A DNA stretch of 64,000 bases from Tubulanus polymorphus (Eukaryota > Animalia > Nemertea): positions 62,001 to 126,000 of the forward strand of contig NW_027437436.1 of assembly GCF_964204645.1 (NCBI RefSeq), in the 5' to 3' direction. A program made the position numbers and the translations under genes. Positions 46,901 through 58,400 of the stretch are shown here, piece after piece. The first letter of the stretch is position 1. Every line of letters begins with the position of its first letter. The notes below the pieces were generated by a model. That model was given only the letters and a program-made list of their open reading frames with translations, did not search any database and was not told where the DNA came from.

Positions 46901-49900
46901 CAGATATCATCAATGTTGGTTCACGATTTGTAGGTGTGACATCAGAAAAGCTGGCCCTCATAGAGAAATGTTTTTCGAAATGGTGTGATGAGTATGGTGA
47001 ATAATATTGTTCTACGTACTTGTGTTTTATCGTTATATAGCAATTAGTTGCCGTTATTCATGTTTTGTTGATCGTTAGAATTTTACTAAAATTTGATTGT
47101 TTAGTGTTCTTGAATAAGATTGTCTATGAATAGATTTGAATAAATTCTGGCATAACACACAACTGTACTTATGTGAAAAGTTGATAATGCATGTATATAG
47201 CATAGATTTATGAGGTATTCTGTCAGATATAAAAAAATATAGCAAGGTTCTGTTTGAAAGATTACATTCCATCAGCCTTCATTACTTTTATTCAAGAGAG
47301 AGTCATTTTCAGTTCAGACTATGGTTTTTATAGAGCATGGGATTTAACCCTGTAACGTCAGAGTTATCAAGGTTTCCTGAAGTTATTATGCTAGAATGAA
47401 AACACCACAAACATTACACCCTATTTGTAGCGTTTTTATTCTAGCATACCGTTGTATTATATCGGAAAACAGGATTTTCTGCATGTGACTGTCTAATCAA
47501 GGGATCCAGAAACAGACCCATTTACTACCCAAGCCTACTAGTCATTAACAACAATGAATTTAGTCGCAGCATGATCTTGTTCAGTATAATGGTCAGTGGT
47601 CCACAAGTAACCTATGATTGCAGAAGTAATTGCGGAACACTTCTACTAAGCTTATAGGAGATCTCTGCAATCGCAAAACCATCCTTTTTATCTTTTGACC
47701 AAGGTACCGGTGGGTAAAAACATTTTACACCGGTCAGAATAAAACTTCTCCTGAGGGTAGGGCCATGGGTTGTCATATACATGTATTATAGCTAATATGA
47801 CCAATTCACCCCATGCACTGACCAAGTCACCCATGTTGTATGGGGTGACTTGGTCACACAATAATTCCCGTTTACTCCTGATTATACAAATCATCCATAG
47901 CACTTTGGCTAACTAATGACAGGTACAAGATAACCTATGGTCCATACTATCAAACATAATAATTGGGGGAATGATTATGCAATCAAGTGATTAAGAATAT
48001 CTGATTTTAAAGACATATGGCCAAGTCACCCCACGTTACCTTATAAGGAGTGAAGAAAGAAACAAACCCTCATACCGAATACACTTTTACGTATAAATGA
48101 GAATAATGCTGACTAGGACGATGGCTAATTTGCGACCGTAAATGAAAGAAATACGACTCGAATAATTTTTTTTTATCATGCGTGACACTAGAATCTCCTA
48201 TTAACACTAGTGATGAGAGAAGAATCCACACGAATGAAATGTATCAGCTTCATGATGATCTTTAATCCTTGAATGACCATTCTTAATTAACACAAAACAC
48301 TTAATATAAATGATTTGTATCAATTACTATAGAATTTCCATTTAAAGAATGCATTTATCAAATTACGTCCATTGACTCTGAAAATGTTTCTTTAAACCCG
48401 TAAATTAGCTAAACTCGTGCCGTATTAAGCTATTTAGATTTATCGCAGTCTAGTGAAAATTTGTAAGCTGTCCTAATATATTCCCTGTATAATCAAAACT
48501 TAATTTCTATGTTATGCACGTGTTTTAATTACGATTTCCCCTCTACATGTTTATCGAAAAGGGCCTGATTACAATCTGATTACAGTTGATTGTCAACAAA
48601 GTTATAGCAATTTACTGTTAGACAAAGAAAATACAAAATCTATTTAGTTTTCTAAAATTGTATGTAGGCCTATGTCTCATACCGTCTCATTACCTCGAAC
48701 ACTGTGTATCGTATCACTCGAAATTCATAAATCTACCGGCTTTATGGCTTTAAAAAAACTAATTACACCCAAAACACCTATCTTTCTAAAATTTCAGGTT
48801 ACAGCATTTAGTGGTGGGAGGAAAAATTCTTCCCTAAATCAATATACTTTGAATCTAAGACTCGGGTTCGTTTTCCTTCAGTTGACAAATGACAATATTT
48901 CGAATATCAGACCAGGTCCATTTTCCTTCGTTTGACCATGGACGTATAAACTAGATTATACGTCCATGGTTTGACATAGGGAAGAACAATCCTCCCGACG
49001 TCGATACTTTGAATATCAGACCTGAAGGTCAAATTCTCTTCGTTTGACCTTGGGAGGAATATTCCTCCCAAAGTCAATTCTTTGAATATCGGACCCCATG
49101 GTCAAGTTTCTATCGATTGACATTGGGAGGAATATTCCTCCCGCAGTCAATTTTCACAATAGCGGTCCTCTTAATTGGTGACACTCAAAGAACGCGCGGC
49201 TCAGATTTCTATTGTGCGCCTATCGCGCGCTGCGCGTGAATCACTTACGTAATCTTTTCTGTAAATGTGAAGACCTCGAGGGCATTATGTTCTCTAAAGC
49301 CCGATATTATCCCAAATTCCGGACTGTTAATAGGTTGATTTTACGGCAGAGTCGACATGTTTCGACAATTTTTAACTGTTAATTTATGAATATTTGAGGA
49401 CTTATGAACTAAAAATTAGTTAAATTTTTGATACATTTTGAGAAAGTCACAAAACATTTGAGACTGCGTTTTTATTATAGTGCGAAGCCATTGCAATAGA
49501 CAGCCCTAATGTCACATTTTAAAACTGTTACTTACCAGTTCGATGAACTACGATAATATCAAAATGACGAGGTTTCGAAAATGTTTGGTTTTCCTTCACA
49601 ATAAGACATCTAAATATTGTTCCGTTGTGGAGTTTGAAATCTGCTTTGAATACTAGCTTAACGGATTTAACATGTTTCACTTTTTCGATGATGCTACGCT
49701 GATCACCCGGAATTGGTTCCCATTGTTCAGAACCTTGTCTCTTCTGTTGGAATATAACTGTAGGATTTCCAACAAGTGTTTTACAAGTATAATCAATCTC
49801 TTCTCCTTCTGTTTTAATGTCGGGTTTATCATCGGGAACAGGCTTTAGATGGATTGCTGAAACGAACGAATATACTAACTGTAACAAACTTGGAATAACA

Positions 49901-52421
49901 ATTACAACCAATAACGTGACAGCCCCCCCCCCCCCCAAAAAAAAAAGAATCCGAATAAACTGCATTTTTCCATCACCTCAACGTTTGGTTTTTACCTCTC
50001 TTTCTATTCATTCAAATTAGCATTTACTTCAAATCCCGTTGTATTCATTTAAATACATCAAGAACGAATGCAGGTTGTCAGAAAAAAAGTGCCAGTATAG
50101 TGAAATAGGATTTTTCTAAATAAATTATTCTAAATAATAGCCAAAAATGTCAAAATAGAAAAAAAAAATTCTTATTGTTATCGGTAAAATACTATATTCA
50201 TGTGACAACTCATGAAATAACTATCACAGACTCACTTTCTGGAAACCTGTTTACTCCGAGTGTATGTATTCATCTGTTATTGTTTTTTTTTTTCTCTATA
50301 TATAATTATTTTCTTTAAAAAGTATTTTTCATGGAACAACAATGACTAATTGAATTGAATTGAAATGTGATCGCCGGTGTGAGTAGAGACGAGTTGTTCG
50401 TCATAGACAGTACATCGAACTATAAGCGAACGGGAAGGTCAACTCCGTGACGTCACTATATATTTGCCTTTGCTATCTTCGAAATTGATCAGCGCCCTCA
50501 CCGGTGGCGATAAACAATACGTTTTCGGAAATATTTTCGAATATAATCATCACTGCGAGCATTGAACCTTACCGTTTTTCAAGATTTGGTATTAAGAATT
50601 AAATAAATCAATGAAAATCGCTAAATCAAGAATAGAGGACCGTCAATCAGTCTACAAAATCTATTGTTTATCGCCACCGGTGACGGCGCTGAACAAAACA
50701 CAAGATTACTAGCGGTACCTAGCGGATTTTTAAGGAGTCGGCATTCCCGTTGGCTAGGTAATTGTTGTATCATAGTTTGGAAAGTTTATTGTTAATTTGG
50801 CTGTCTGACACATTTTGGATCACGCATTTCTTCTCATATTTCACTCGTATATACTATAATATCTAAATTCTACAGGTAATGCCTTAAAGTAATTTGGCAA
50901 TATTTGTTCATCATATGTTAAAAGTCGCGATATTCCATCTTGTATCTTTTTTTGTATATTATTTTGTGTTTATTATTTTGTAAACTATTTTGTCCTCTGT
51001 GCATTAAGTATTTAATAGTGGAACAATAAACTGAAACTGAAATTGAAACGTCAGCCAAATTCGTTTCAAATTACCAACTTTGGAGAAAAATAATTGATAT
51101 AATCCTAGTTTTGAAAGTTAAATGCATGTTTTGCAGTGTCTCACATCTCAGTTGAACGCTTAATGTCAACCCTAGCCGCCATCACTTATAAATATCTATG
51201 TAATAAACATAATCCAGGTTTAAGCGGTAAAAATCCCCGTGGTAAAAATTCCCTTGGTAAAAATCCCCAATTATTCAGAGTAGGTCAAAATCCCCTTTTC
51301 TGACCTAGGGGATTTTAACCTACATTCGAACGGAACAGAGACATAGATAGAGTAAGACTTGCCCAAAAAGTTCTGAAACCGAAAAGGGCCGATCTGCGAG
51401 TCGTGAGCTCCGGATATCATATTCACGTGACATCTTCAAAACTATACTAGTAAGTATCCTCCTCGACTCGATTTAGATTTAAGAGACGTTCAAAAAAGGA
51501 TCGCTTTCTAAAAGTCTCTCTACAATTACAATTACATATGTTGATCCACAAAAAATTTGCATTTGCACCGAACACAAAAAACCAGGTTCAAACATGATAT
51601 ACGTATTCATGCAGTTACATAATTCATACAAACACAGTTTAAATTAGAAGAAATTACATGAATACTTATCAATCAATTAGCAATAGTTTGAGGCGGATAT
51701 TGAACAATACATATTCCAATATAAGTTAAAGAAGCTGTTTGCCCTTAGAACTTGATAATATTGTATCAATCATAATATCGCACGGTAAGAACTGGTTCAA
51801 TGCTAATCGTTGAAAGATTTACGAAAATAACCCATTAGTGGGATTCGAAACCAATAGCTTATGATAAACTAGACACCTAAGTCCTCGAAATACCGAAGAT
51901 AAATCAACATACTCATATTATATATTTCAATTTCTCGAGTTTTTCGATTATGAACATGATAGATCCGAGAGCTCACTTCAAATCCAAGTAAGTTTGGATG
52001 AATTTCGGGGGGCCAAAAGGACACGATTTTGGTGGCCCATCTCATTAAATCTTACAGCATAAGCAAATGAGCTATTCGGTATCGCGATGAACACGGATTT
52101 TACCTTGAATTTTTTTAGGAATAATTGACACTACATGAAATTCCTTAGTACTAATAGGATGAGGGATCATCAATTCGTTTCACAGCATCTGGTGGTCATA
52201 CAATAAAAATGACTTTCATCACAGACGCTCATTTGTTATAGCCAGCACTGAGGTACAAACAAACTATGACGATACACACCGGAAATATTAACACAATGCA
52301 GAGTGATGGCGGCCAGTAACTTACTTATTTCATTCGTCTTAGTTCCAGATGTTTCTATAATGTATAAATCTCCCAGTAGCAATAAAACTGTGCAGATTAT
52401 TAAGAATAAACATGTCTTCAT
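28976..52421 (-). CDS. Host type-I transmembrane Ig-domain receptor, ~397 aa; exons 52421-52325, 49856-49536, 33748-33709, 33341-33299, 33095-32971, 29543-28976
   Basis: All introns GT..AG and phases consistent (1,1,2,0,2); total 1194 nt. Signal peptide MKTCLFLIICTVLLLLG, Ig-like YTC...W...FRC domain, S/T stalk, TM ICFLLIIVIIAIAIIIIIC followed by RRRR, Tyr-rich tail. Extra exons in the 16-kb intron cannot be excluded. Confidence 0.75.
29054..29389 (-). repeat. Coding 42-bp x8 tandem repeat (14-aa unit E[AS][GE]KxKDT[ST]PYxxM)
   Basis: 336 bp = 8 x 42, within the last exon. Confidence 0.9.
30150..32660 (+). mobile_element. Degenerate non-LTR retrotransposon (ORF1 coiled coil + RRM; APE endonuclease; RT missing)
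   Basis: ORF1 ENYS..DNLIFYGVPE...FQRVHR...VSEDY; APE motifs GQWNVYGW, LNETHL, GSGGVGILVK, TYLPPE, IAGDLNGRIG, PDHS; many stops and frameshifts. Confidence 0.8.
30637..31078 (-). mobile_element. 5'-truncated CR1/L2-like LINE 3' end inserted into ORF1 of the older LINE
   Basis: (TAA)n tail at 30635-30655; ATAGTA duplicated at 30631-30636 and 31079-31084; removing the insert restores ENYSIGDNLIFYG. Confidence 0.6.
33998..34423. mobile_element. MITE with CAGCGG..ATCCAGG TIRs and 5-bp TSD AGAAA
   Basis: CAGCGGTGTATCCAGG ... CCTGGATCCGCCGCTG; AGAAA at 33993-33997 and 34424-34428. Confidence 0.7.
34750..34953 (+). mobile_element. tRNA-derived SINE
   Basis: A box TAGCTCAATG, B box GGTTCGAGTC, (AAAC)n tail at 34941-34953. 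Confidence 0.65.
36711..36990 (+). repeat. Three imperfect tandem units (~70-110 bp)
   Basis: AAAAACTGAT..TCCACACTTCACA..TGTTCAG.GCTTCACCTGAGACATTTTT repeated three times. Confidence 0.7.
38073..38620 (+). repeat. Dispersed repeat, high-identity inverted copy of 48890-49471
   Basis: Long reverse-complement match; internal GGGAGGAATATTCCTCCC palindromic subrepeats. Confidence 0.85.
39501..39826. mobile_element. PIF/Harbinger-like MITE with 3-bp TSD TAT
   Basis: TIR AGCCGCGATCACACG/CGTGTGATCGCGGCT; sits at the end of an older copy of the same family (~39170-39497). Confidence 0.75.
40373..40406. mobile_element. 34-bp perfect palindrome with 5-bp TSD CGTAA
   Basis: CGTAA-TCAGGGAAGTGTGATGATCATCACACTTCCCTGA-CGTAA. 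Confidence 0.7.
43838..48043 (+). mobile_element. pogo/Tigger-superfamily DNA transposon, 4206 bp, TA TSD
   Basis: TIR TAAGGTAACGTGGGGTGACTT(A/G)GCCA at both ends, TA flanks at 43836-37 and 48044-45; subterminal GGGGTGACTTGG repeats. Confidence 0.92.
44899..47004 (+). pseudogene. pogo-type transposase (HTH_psq + CENP-B HTH + DD35D) with one in-frame TAA at 46447-46449
   Basis: FNMDETG, LLYDGHNSH, LQPLDVG with 35 residues between the last two Asp; ORF 46555-47004 is in the same frame; likely ATG at 44899 after a TTTTCAG acceptor. Confidence 0.88.
48890..49471 (-). repeat. Dispersed repeat, inverted copy of 38073-38620
   Basis: Reverse-complement identity, apart from the 34-bp insert at 48936. 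Confidence 0.85.
48936..48969. mobile_element. 34-bp hairpin insertion with 5-bp TSD TTTGA
   Basis: TTTGA-CCATGGACGTATAA-ACTAGA-TTATACGTCCATGG-TTTGA; the paralog near 38570 has a single TTTGA (empty site). Confidence 0.85.
50489..50691. repeat. MITE-like inverted repeat
   Basis: TCAGCGCC.TCACCGGTGGCGATAAACAATA pairs with TATTGTTTATCGCCACCGGTGA.GGCGCTGA. Confidence 0.6.
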
Positions 52422-53891
52422 CGTGATATAGAAAGAATTGATTCACCAATCGCTCTGGTTGAGGAAGGTTAACAGAATATTTGGATGATGAATTGATCAT
52501 GGTGTATATATCTGAGTGCTTTGTAGCCTATTCATCAAAATTCTAATTTTGATCTCGTTAAATAGATAACTAACCTATATACCAGTAATAAATGTTATTT
52601 TTCGATAAACATTGAACTTGAATTAACATATGAGTTAAAAAAAAACAGGTGCACGAATTTTCTAAAACGCGCACTGACCACATCCTATGCGTGTAACGTC
52701 ATGCGGGCAACAGTGCATACAACGAGCGCTGTACACACATTGTCGTGTAAGTTTAATCGTTTTTTTCGTACTCGGTGTCAACTGAATTCGTTAATTCAAT
52801 GATTAATCATTGGTATTATCATTATGTTCATCAGATAAATCTTAGATATAATCAAGATATGACACGATTTTGTTACCTTCAATCGGCGCCAGTACAGCGT
52901 GGAAGCCGGCAATGTAAACGCGATGATCAGTAGTGTTTCCCACGCCTCTGAAAGACATATAATATACCACAATGCTGATGAATGTACTATGCAGTAAAGC
53001 CGGTTATATACGATAAACGGGAATAACTCAGGGCCTTATTAATGGGTGGGGGGGGGGGGGTGACACAGGTGCGCGAACGCGCCTACCCGCACACGTTCGA
53101 GTTCCGCTTAATTGCCTCTCCTCGAAAAATGCCTTCAAATTTTCCATGCGTTGTTCATATGTCTTACACTTTATGTGGTTGGTATCCTGTTGTTTTATCA
53201 ATACAAAATTTTAAAACAGGCATGTTATCCCAATCTGTATAGGCCTACCTATCATCAGTGGTACGGTATGCATATGGGGTTTCACTCTCCAAAGGTCATG
53301 ATAGCACGGGACTTATTGCATTGAATGATTGTATGCAATGGGTCCCATGCTTCACCGCAGGAGTATGAAGTAGACATACGGCCTATATCACATATCCTTC
53401 TGGACGATTAATTTCTGTATAATTTCTGTAGCGTCTTGTTTCATCAAGGGACGTTAATCCTCAAATGGAAATGATAAGAAAAAATTATCGTCGGATAAGT
53501 CTAGAGCTTTTTACATGAGTCTTAAGTTTTTTTTTGAATGCACGGATTAGTTTTCTTAGGGTTGGAAGCATTCAATGATTACACTGCTTTGAAGTGATGA
53601 TCATTAAATCAAATTTTCAGATCTGATTATAAAGAAAATTATTCAGATTCTGCCGTATTCAAGATGGAAAATTTCATAAAAGAAAGATAGCCAGAAAGCC
53701 TTGAGAATACAGATTATAGAGGCCCTTAAATGAAAAGGTTTTCTGGTTGAGGGTCCCAGACCCTGAGGCCTACCCATAGAAATTGATACATACGGCCCTG
53801 TAACTTGAACTTTAAATAACCATGTCTTGAATTTATCATTAATTGTTCATGGACTGAGATAAAAAAGGGTGGAAATGAATATAAAGATGTA

Positions 53892-55460
53892 TGGTGGCTG
53901 ATTCGGGCCATGTAAAAAAAAATCACAAATGGTGCAAATTTTTTTCTACAGACGCCTTAAAGTCGTTTTATCGCGCAAAAAAACGAAAATTACCACGTTA
54001 AAACGAGAAATTACCACGTTAAAACAAGAAAAAGTCATTTTATTTCGCAATAAAACGAGAAAAAGTCGTTTTATCGCGCGATAAACTTTTTCGTTTTATT
54101 GCCACGTTAAAACGAAAAATAGCGCGATAAAACGAAAATAAAAAAATAATTTCATTGCGTTAATTTTTGGTTTTATCGCGCTAGTTTTCGTTTTAACGTG
54201 GCAATAAAACGAAAAAGTCCGTTTTTTGCGCGATAAAACGACTTTTTCTCGTTTCATTGCGCAATAAAACGACTTTTTCTTGTTTTATCGCGGTAATTTC
54301 TCGTTTTAACCCTATGTTAACCAAGCACATTTCTAGTGGGAAAAAAATTACTCAATTCATTTTCTGAACGTGTTAAGATACTAATAGTCCATAATTATAG
54401 TTATTTTAATTGTTGCCTCTGTTTGACCTAGTTATTAAAAATGTTGCAAATTCGCAACATTGGTAAAATATGAAAAGTTTCCATAAACCTGACAAGAAAA
54501 TGTTTTCAGATCTATGCTTCTGATTTTAAAGAACATAGTTTCTTCTAATAAAAACTTACAAAATATTGTGATTTAGTCTTCAAACACAGCATTTTGAACA
54601 ACAATTTCAGTCATAACCACCTGGGCATAGTCTACCCCTCTGGTGAATCTCGATATGGTCAGTCCATGACCCAAGAAATCATATCTAACATCATCATGTA
54701 ATAGGTTTATAACAGACCTACGTTTATTCGTGGCTGGAGGGGATAATTGGGCTTCAAGACATTGGTGACCAACATGAGATTTCTTACCAGCATCGATCAT
54801 GGCTTCAGCAACTGAAGCCCAATACCTCCTCATCATGAAATCTTATAAATAAGTACTGTGAATGCTAGGATAAAAAGGCTCTAATCAATAGAAATAGATT
54901 TAAAGGGGGAAACGTCAATTAAAAAATATTTGTCAAAATTTTATTTCACCCTGTCAACCAATGTTGTATTTTTGCACACCAAAATTCATGGACCAAATTA
55001 CAGATTTTCAAATGTAAAAAAAATTGAACTCAATATATATATGTACTCTATAGGCTTTATATTTCAATATTAACATGTGATGTTTTCAAGGAAACAACAA
55101 GTTCTTGCTTTGGTAAAATCGAGCAGAACTTGCCTTCAAAAATTTGACACACTTAGGTCATGGAGGCAGTGACTTGCAATGCCGACCATTGTAAGGTATT
55201 GTAAGGTGCTGCCATCTCTTGGGGCTTAAAAGAACTACTTTTATGTTGCGATTCTACAACATTGGTTAATAATGGACAAATATTAATAATAAGGGTACCA
55301 ACCGACCCCAAAAATGTTGTTGCAAATTCGCAATCCTGGTTAACATAGGGTTAACGTAGTAATTTTCGTTTTATTGCGCAATGAAACGACTTTTAAGCGT
55401 CAGCAAAAAAGAATTGTAACGTTTGTGATTTTTTTATTACATGGCCCGAATCAGCCACCA
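53892..55460. mobile_element. Non-autonomous TIR element (TA TSD) with internal TTTATCGCGCGATAAAACG-type repeats
   Basis: TGGTGGCTGATTCGGGCCATGTAA ... TTACATGGCCCGAATCAGCCACCA; the same terminus recurs at ~63062-63082. Confidence 0.8.
54310..55350. mobile_element. piggyBac-like non-autonomous element nested in the previous element
   Basis: TTAA-CCCTATGTTAACCA ... TGGTTAACATAGGG-TTAA. Confidence 0.85.
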
Positions 55461-58400
55461 TATGAAACCCCTACTGTGTCATCATCACCTCCATCTACAT
55501 GGGTGTCAGATGAGCTACGCGATGTGAAAATTCCTTCAAATTCACACCTTTCAATCACTTATATTTCAGTAATCCATCACTCATTGCAGCTAAAATATCT
55601 CAAAATTATTTAAAAGTAGTTATGTAACATAATCTATCGTTAAAAACGAAAGCTATTGTGGGCTACACTTGATCTTTTAGCAATCAGAGGAAGCGAAAAG
55701 TAAAAACGTTTGAAGGAGAAATTGTCGGACCCTCCCAGAGCTGATTGTAGCAGCCCTATGGGCGATGTTCCTTTCATGAAGTCAAGAACGATATTGCCGC
55801 AACATTTTCAGGCCCGTAGTCAGCCATGTATTGAATTTCGTGTAAGTGATGGAACGTCATTTCACGTAAATGTTGGATCCTGTGAGAATATGAGCAGACA
55901 ATTTTTGAAAATAAAATGCAAATTGTCGAGAAGCAATTTCACAACTTCTAATATAGTTGGAACTATGGTTGAACGAAAATGAAAAAACCAATGAAAGTTT
56001 TACTAATGAGTGAAATTGGTGTCCACACTTTTTTGGTGGCATCTGAGCGGAAATTCGTCAGTGACAACTCGATACTCCGTTGCTCATAAGATCGCAGCCA
56101 AGATTTAGTTTTCAAATCGTCTTGTCGCCATTCTCCTGAACTGACCCGTTGCGGCGTATAGAACCGTCTGTCTAGTTTCTCGACTACTTTGTCGCCAAAC
56201 ATCTCCATTCAGCCGTAGCTGAAAAATCGAGGACTCTGCAAAACAATATATTTGATAATCAGACGCCATCTAACAGAATAGGCTATAGCATAGTGTCTGC
56301 TATGAATAGACGATATTCCCACAATACAAAATGGTTTACCAGATCGATGAATGACCTGATGAACATGGATGCATTCAGCGCCACCTTGAACTATAAAGTA
56401 GGTTGGACAAACACATTTCTTTCAATTAGTTTTCGGAATTTTGCATAAATCTCATCATCAGAGAAAGAATGCTATGTTCAAATATGGAACGAAAGCTATA
56501 TAGAACGAATATTGACATTTGAAATCATGAGTCCCTTTGCTTCCATATTTTACAGCTGGTTGAATGTAAAGAATACGTGTGGCATCAGAAAACCGAAAAC
56601 TTCAACTCAGATAACTTATAGCCATTTTCCGGCGTGCTGATGATGCTAGCCTGCGCAATACCTCTTGCTTTCTTCATGACCTGCTTTGAACAGAACTTTA
56701 TCGCGTGAAACCTATAATCATCTCATCGGATTCATCTCTTCAGCCGATCAAACTCATTAAACTCAAAGAAACCTGTACTCGAAGAGAAACCTCGTACTGT
56801 AAGTGTCCCAAACCAGAGTTGGACGTAGAACTTATCAAATCGAGGACAAGACGGCTACAATCATAAAAGGTCTAACGCACTTTATTTTCGAATGTGTGAA
56901 ACGCACAGGTTACAGATACACAGTGAACACGAGCGTGTAGTTAAAAGTCTTTTTAGTTGTAGAGAGCCTATGGTTTCCTCTATCAGAATACTGTGGCGAA
57001 TGCACAGAAGTAGCAAACGTAAAGGAAAATTAAACCACCCATGAAACAGCTTACCTACACTACACAATATCAGTTTATATGAATTCAAACCACACAAAAC
57101 AGCTCACCAACACTACATAATACCAGATTAATATGAATTCAAACCACACGAAACAGCTTACCAACAGCTTACCAATACTACCTACATACTACCTACAACA
57201 ACATACTAACATAAAGCACACAGAATAAAGACCAAAAAAGATAATAAACTAAATTCACTGAAACTTAACAGACCTAAAAGAAAAACTGTTGCCAGTGGGC
57301 AACAGTAAGAAACCTCGATTTTAGCACGCACATGTACTTTTCATAATTGCCATTGTAGTTCTTCCATGGCGTTAATTAAATAAACGCGTTGGGAAGTTAA
57401 ATACTGTTGTTTTATGGCTTAGAGTACATTAGTGTTCGTAGGTGGCGGGGGAATTGCTTTCTATACACAATAGAAATGGGTCCAAACTCAAACAAATAAC
57501 ACAATGTTTTCCAGACGGCTGGGTGATTAGAAAACACAATCATACCTAATTACTTAAATTACGAAGCTTTGTAAACATAATAATCCACGATAATGATAAT
57601 AAGGTTTGAGCGTTGTGTGTGTGGGCTACGAGCAAATTGCGGGGTGTGGGTTAATGTATTATTATTACTATTTTAATGTTACAGTTTCTTATGACAATCG
57701 GCAATATTGAGTCCGATCGGCCAAATTTTTCTTAAGATGATAAGACCATATAAAGATCAGTAAGATAATCGATCCAAGTGTCTTCAGAATTTTCCTGCGA
57801 AAACTTCAAAATGTGTCTTAAAATACACCTTTACACAAAATATCAAAACAATTCATTTACTCGTCTTCAACACTTCCACAAAATGACTGGATTCCATCTA
57901 CGGACGGACGGACGACGGACGAAAAGTGAACGAGCTGCCGAAGTATGAACATTGCAAAGCGTTTAAACGGACGTTTCCTCGTGGAAAACTTTTCACACGT
58001 TTGCAAAGGGTACCAATGTACTTTATACAAAACTTTTTTTTACCTTCGATAAACGGTTTCGTGATTACTGCCAGCAATCACGCGTAGTTATCGGTCTATT
58101 TAATAAAATTACTACTAATTTGACATTATTTCATTCGAATATAAATAAAGAGAGACTGGCGATCGAGTTGTCATTTGTTTTACTTGGATTCACTGGAGAG
58201 TCAACCTTGCGAGCGCTGCCATTATGATGAAGACGGTCATTGCATTTTTGTGTAAGTTGATATTTAGTTATTTGAAAATCCGTCAAATCAAAAACACTAA
58301 AAATCTTTTCGAATAGTAACTAACTGTTTTGCCGCAAACGTTTTCGGGAGCTACATTTCCCTTGTTCAGGCATATTGCAAGTGAATACATTCACAAAGGA

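Noticed and set aside
38073-49471. One 11.4-kb transposon bounded by these inverted repeats
   Set aside because: No TSD at the outer ends and the match stops abruptly; two dispersed copies are more likely.
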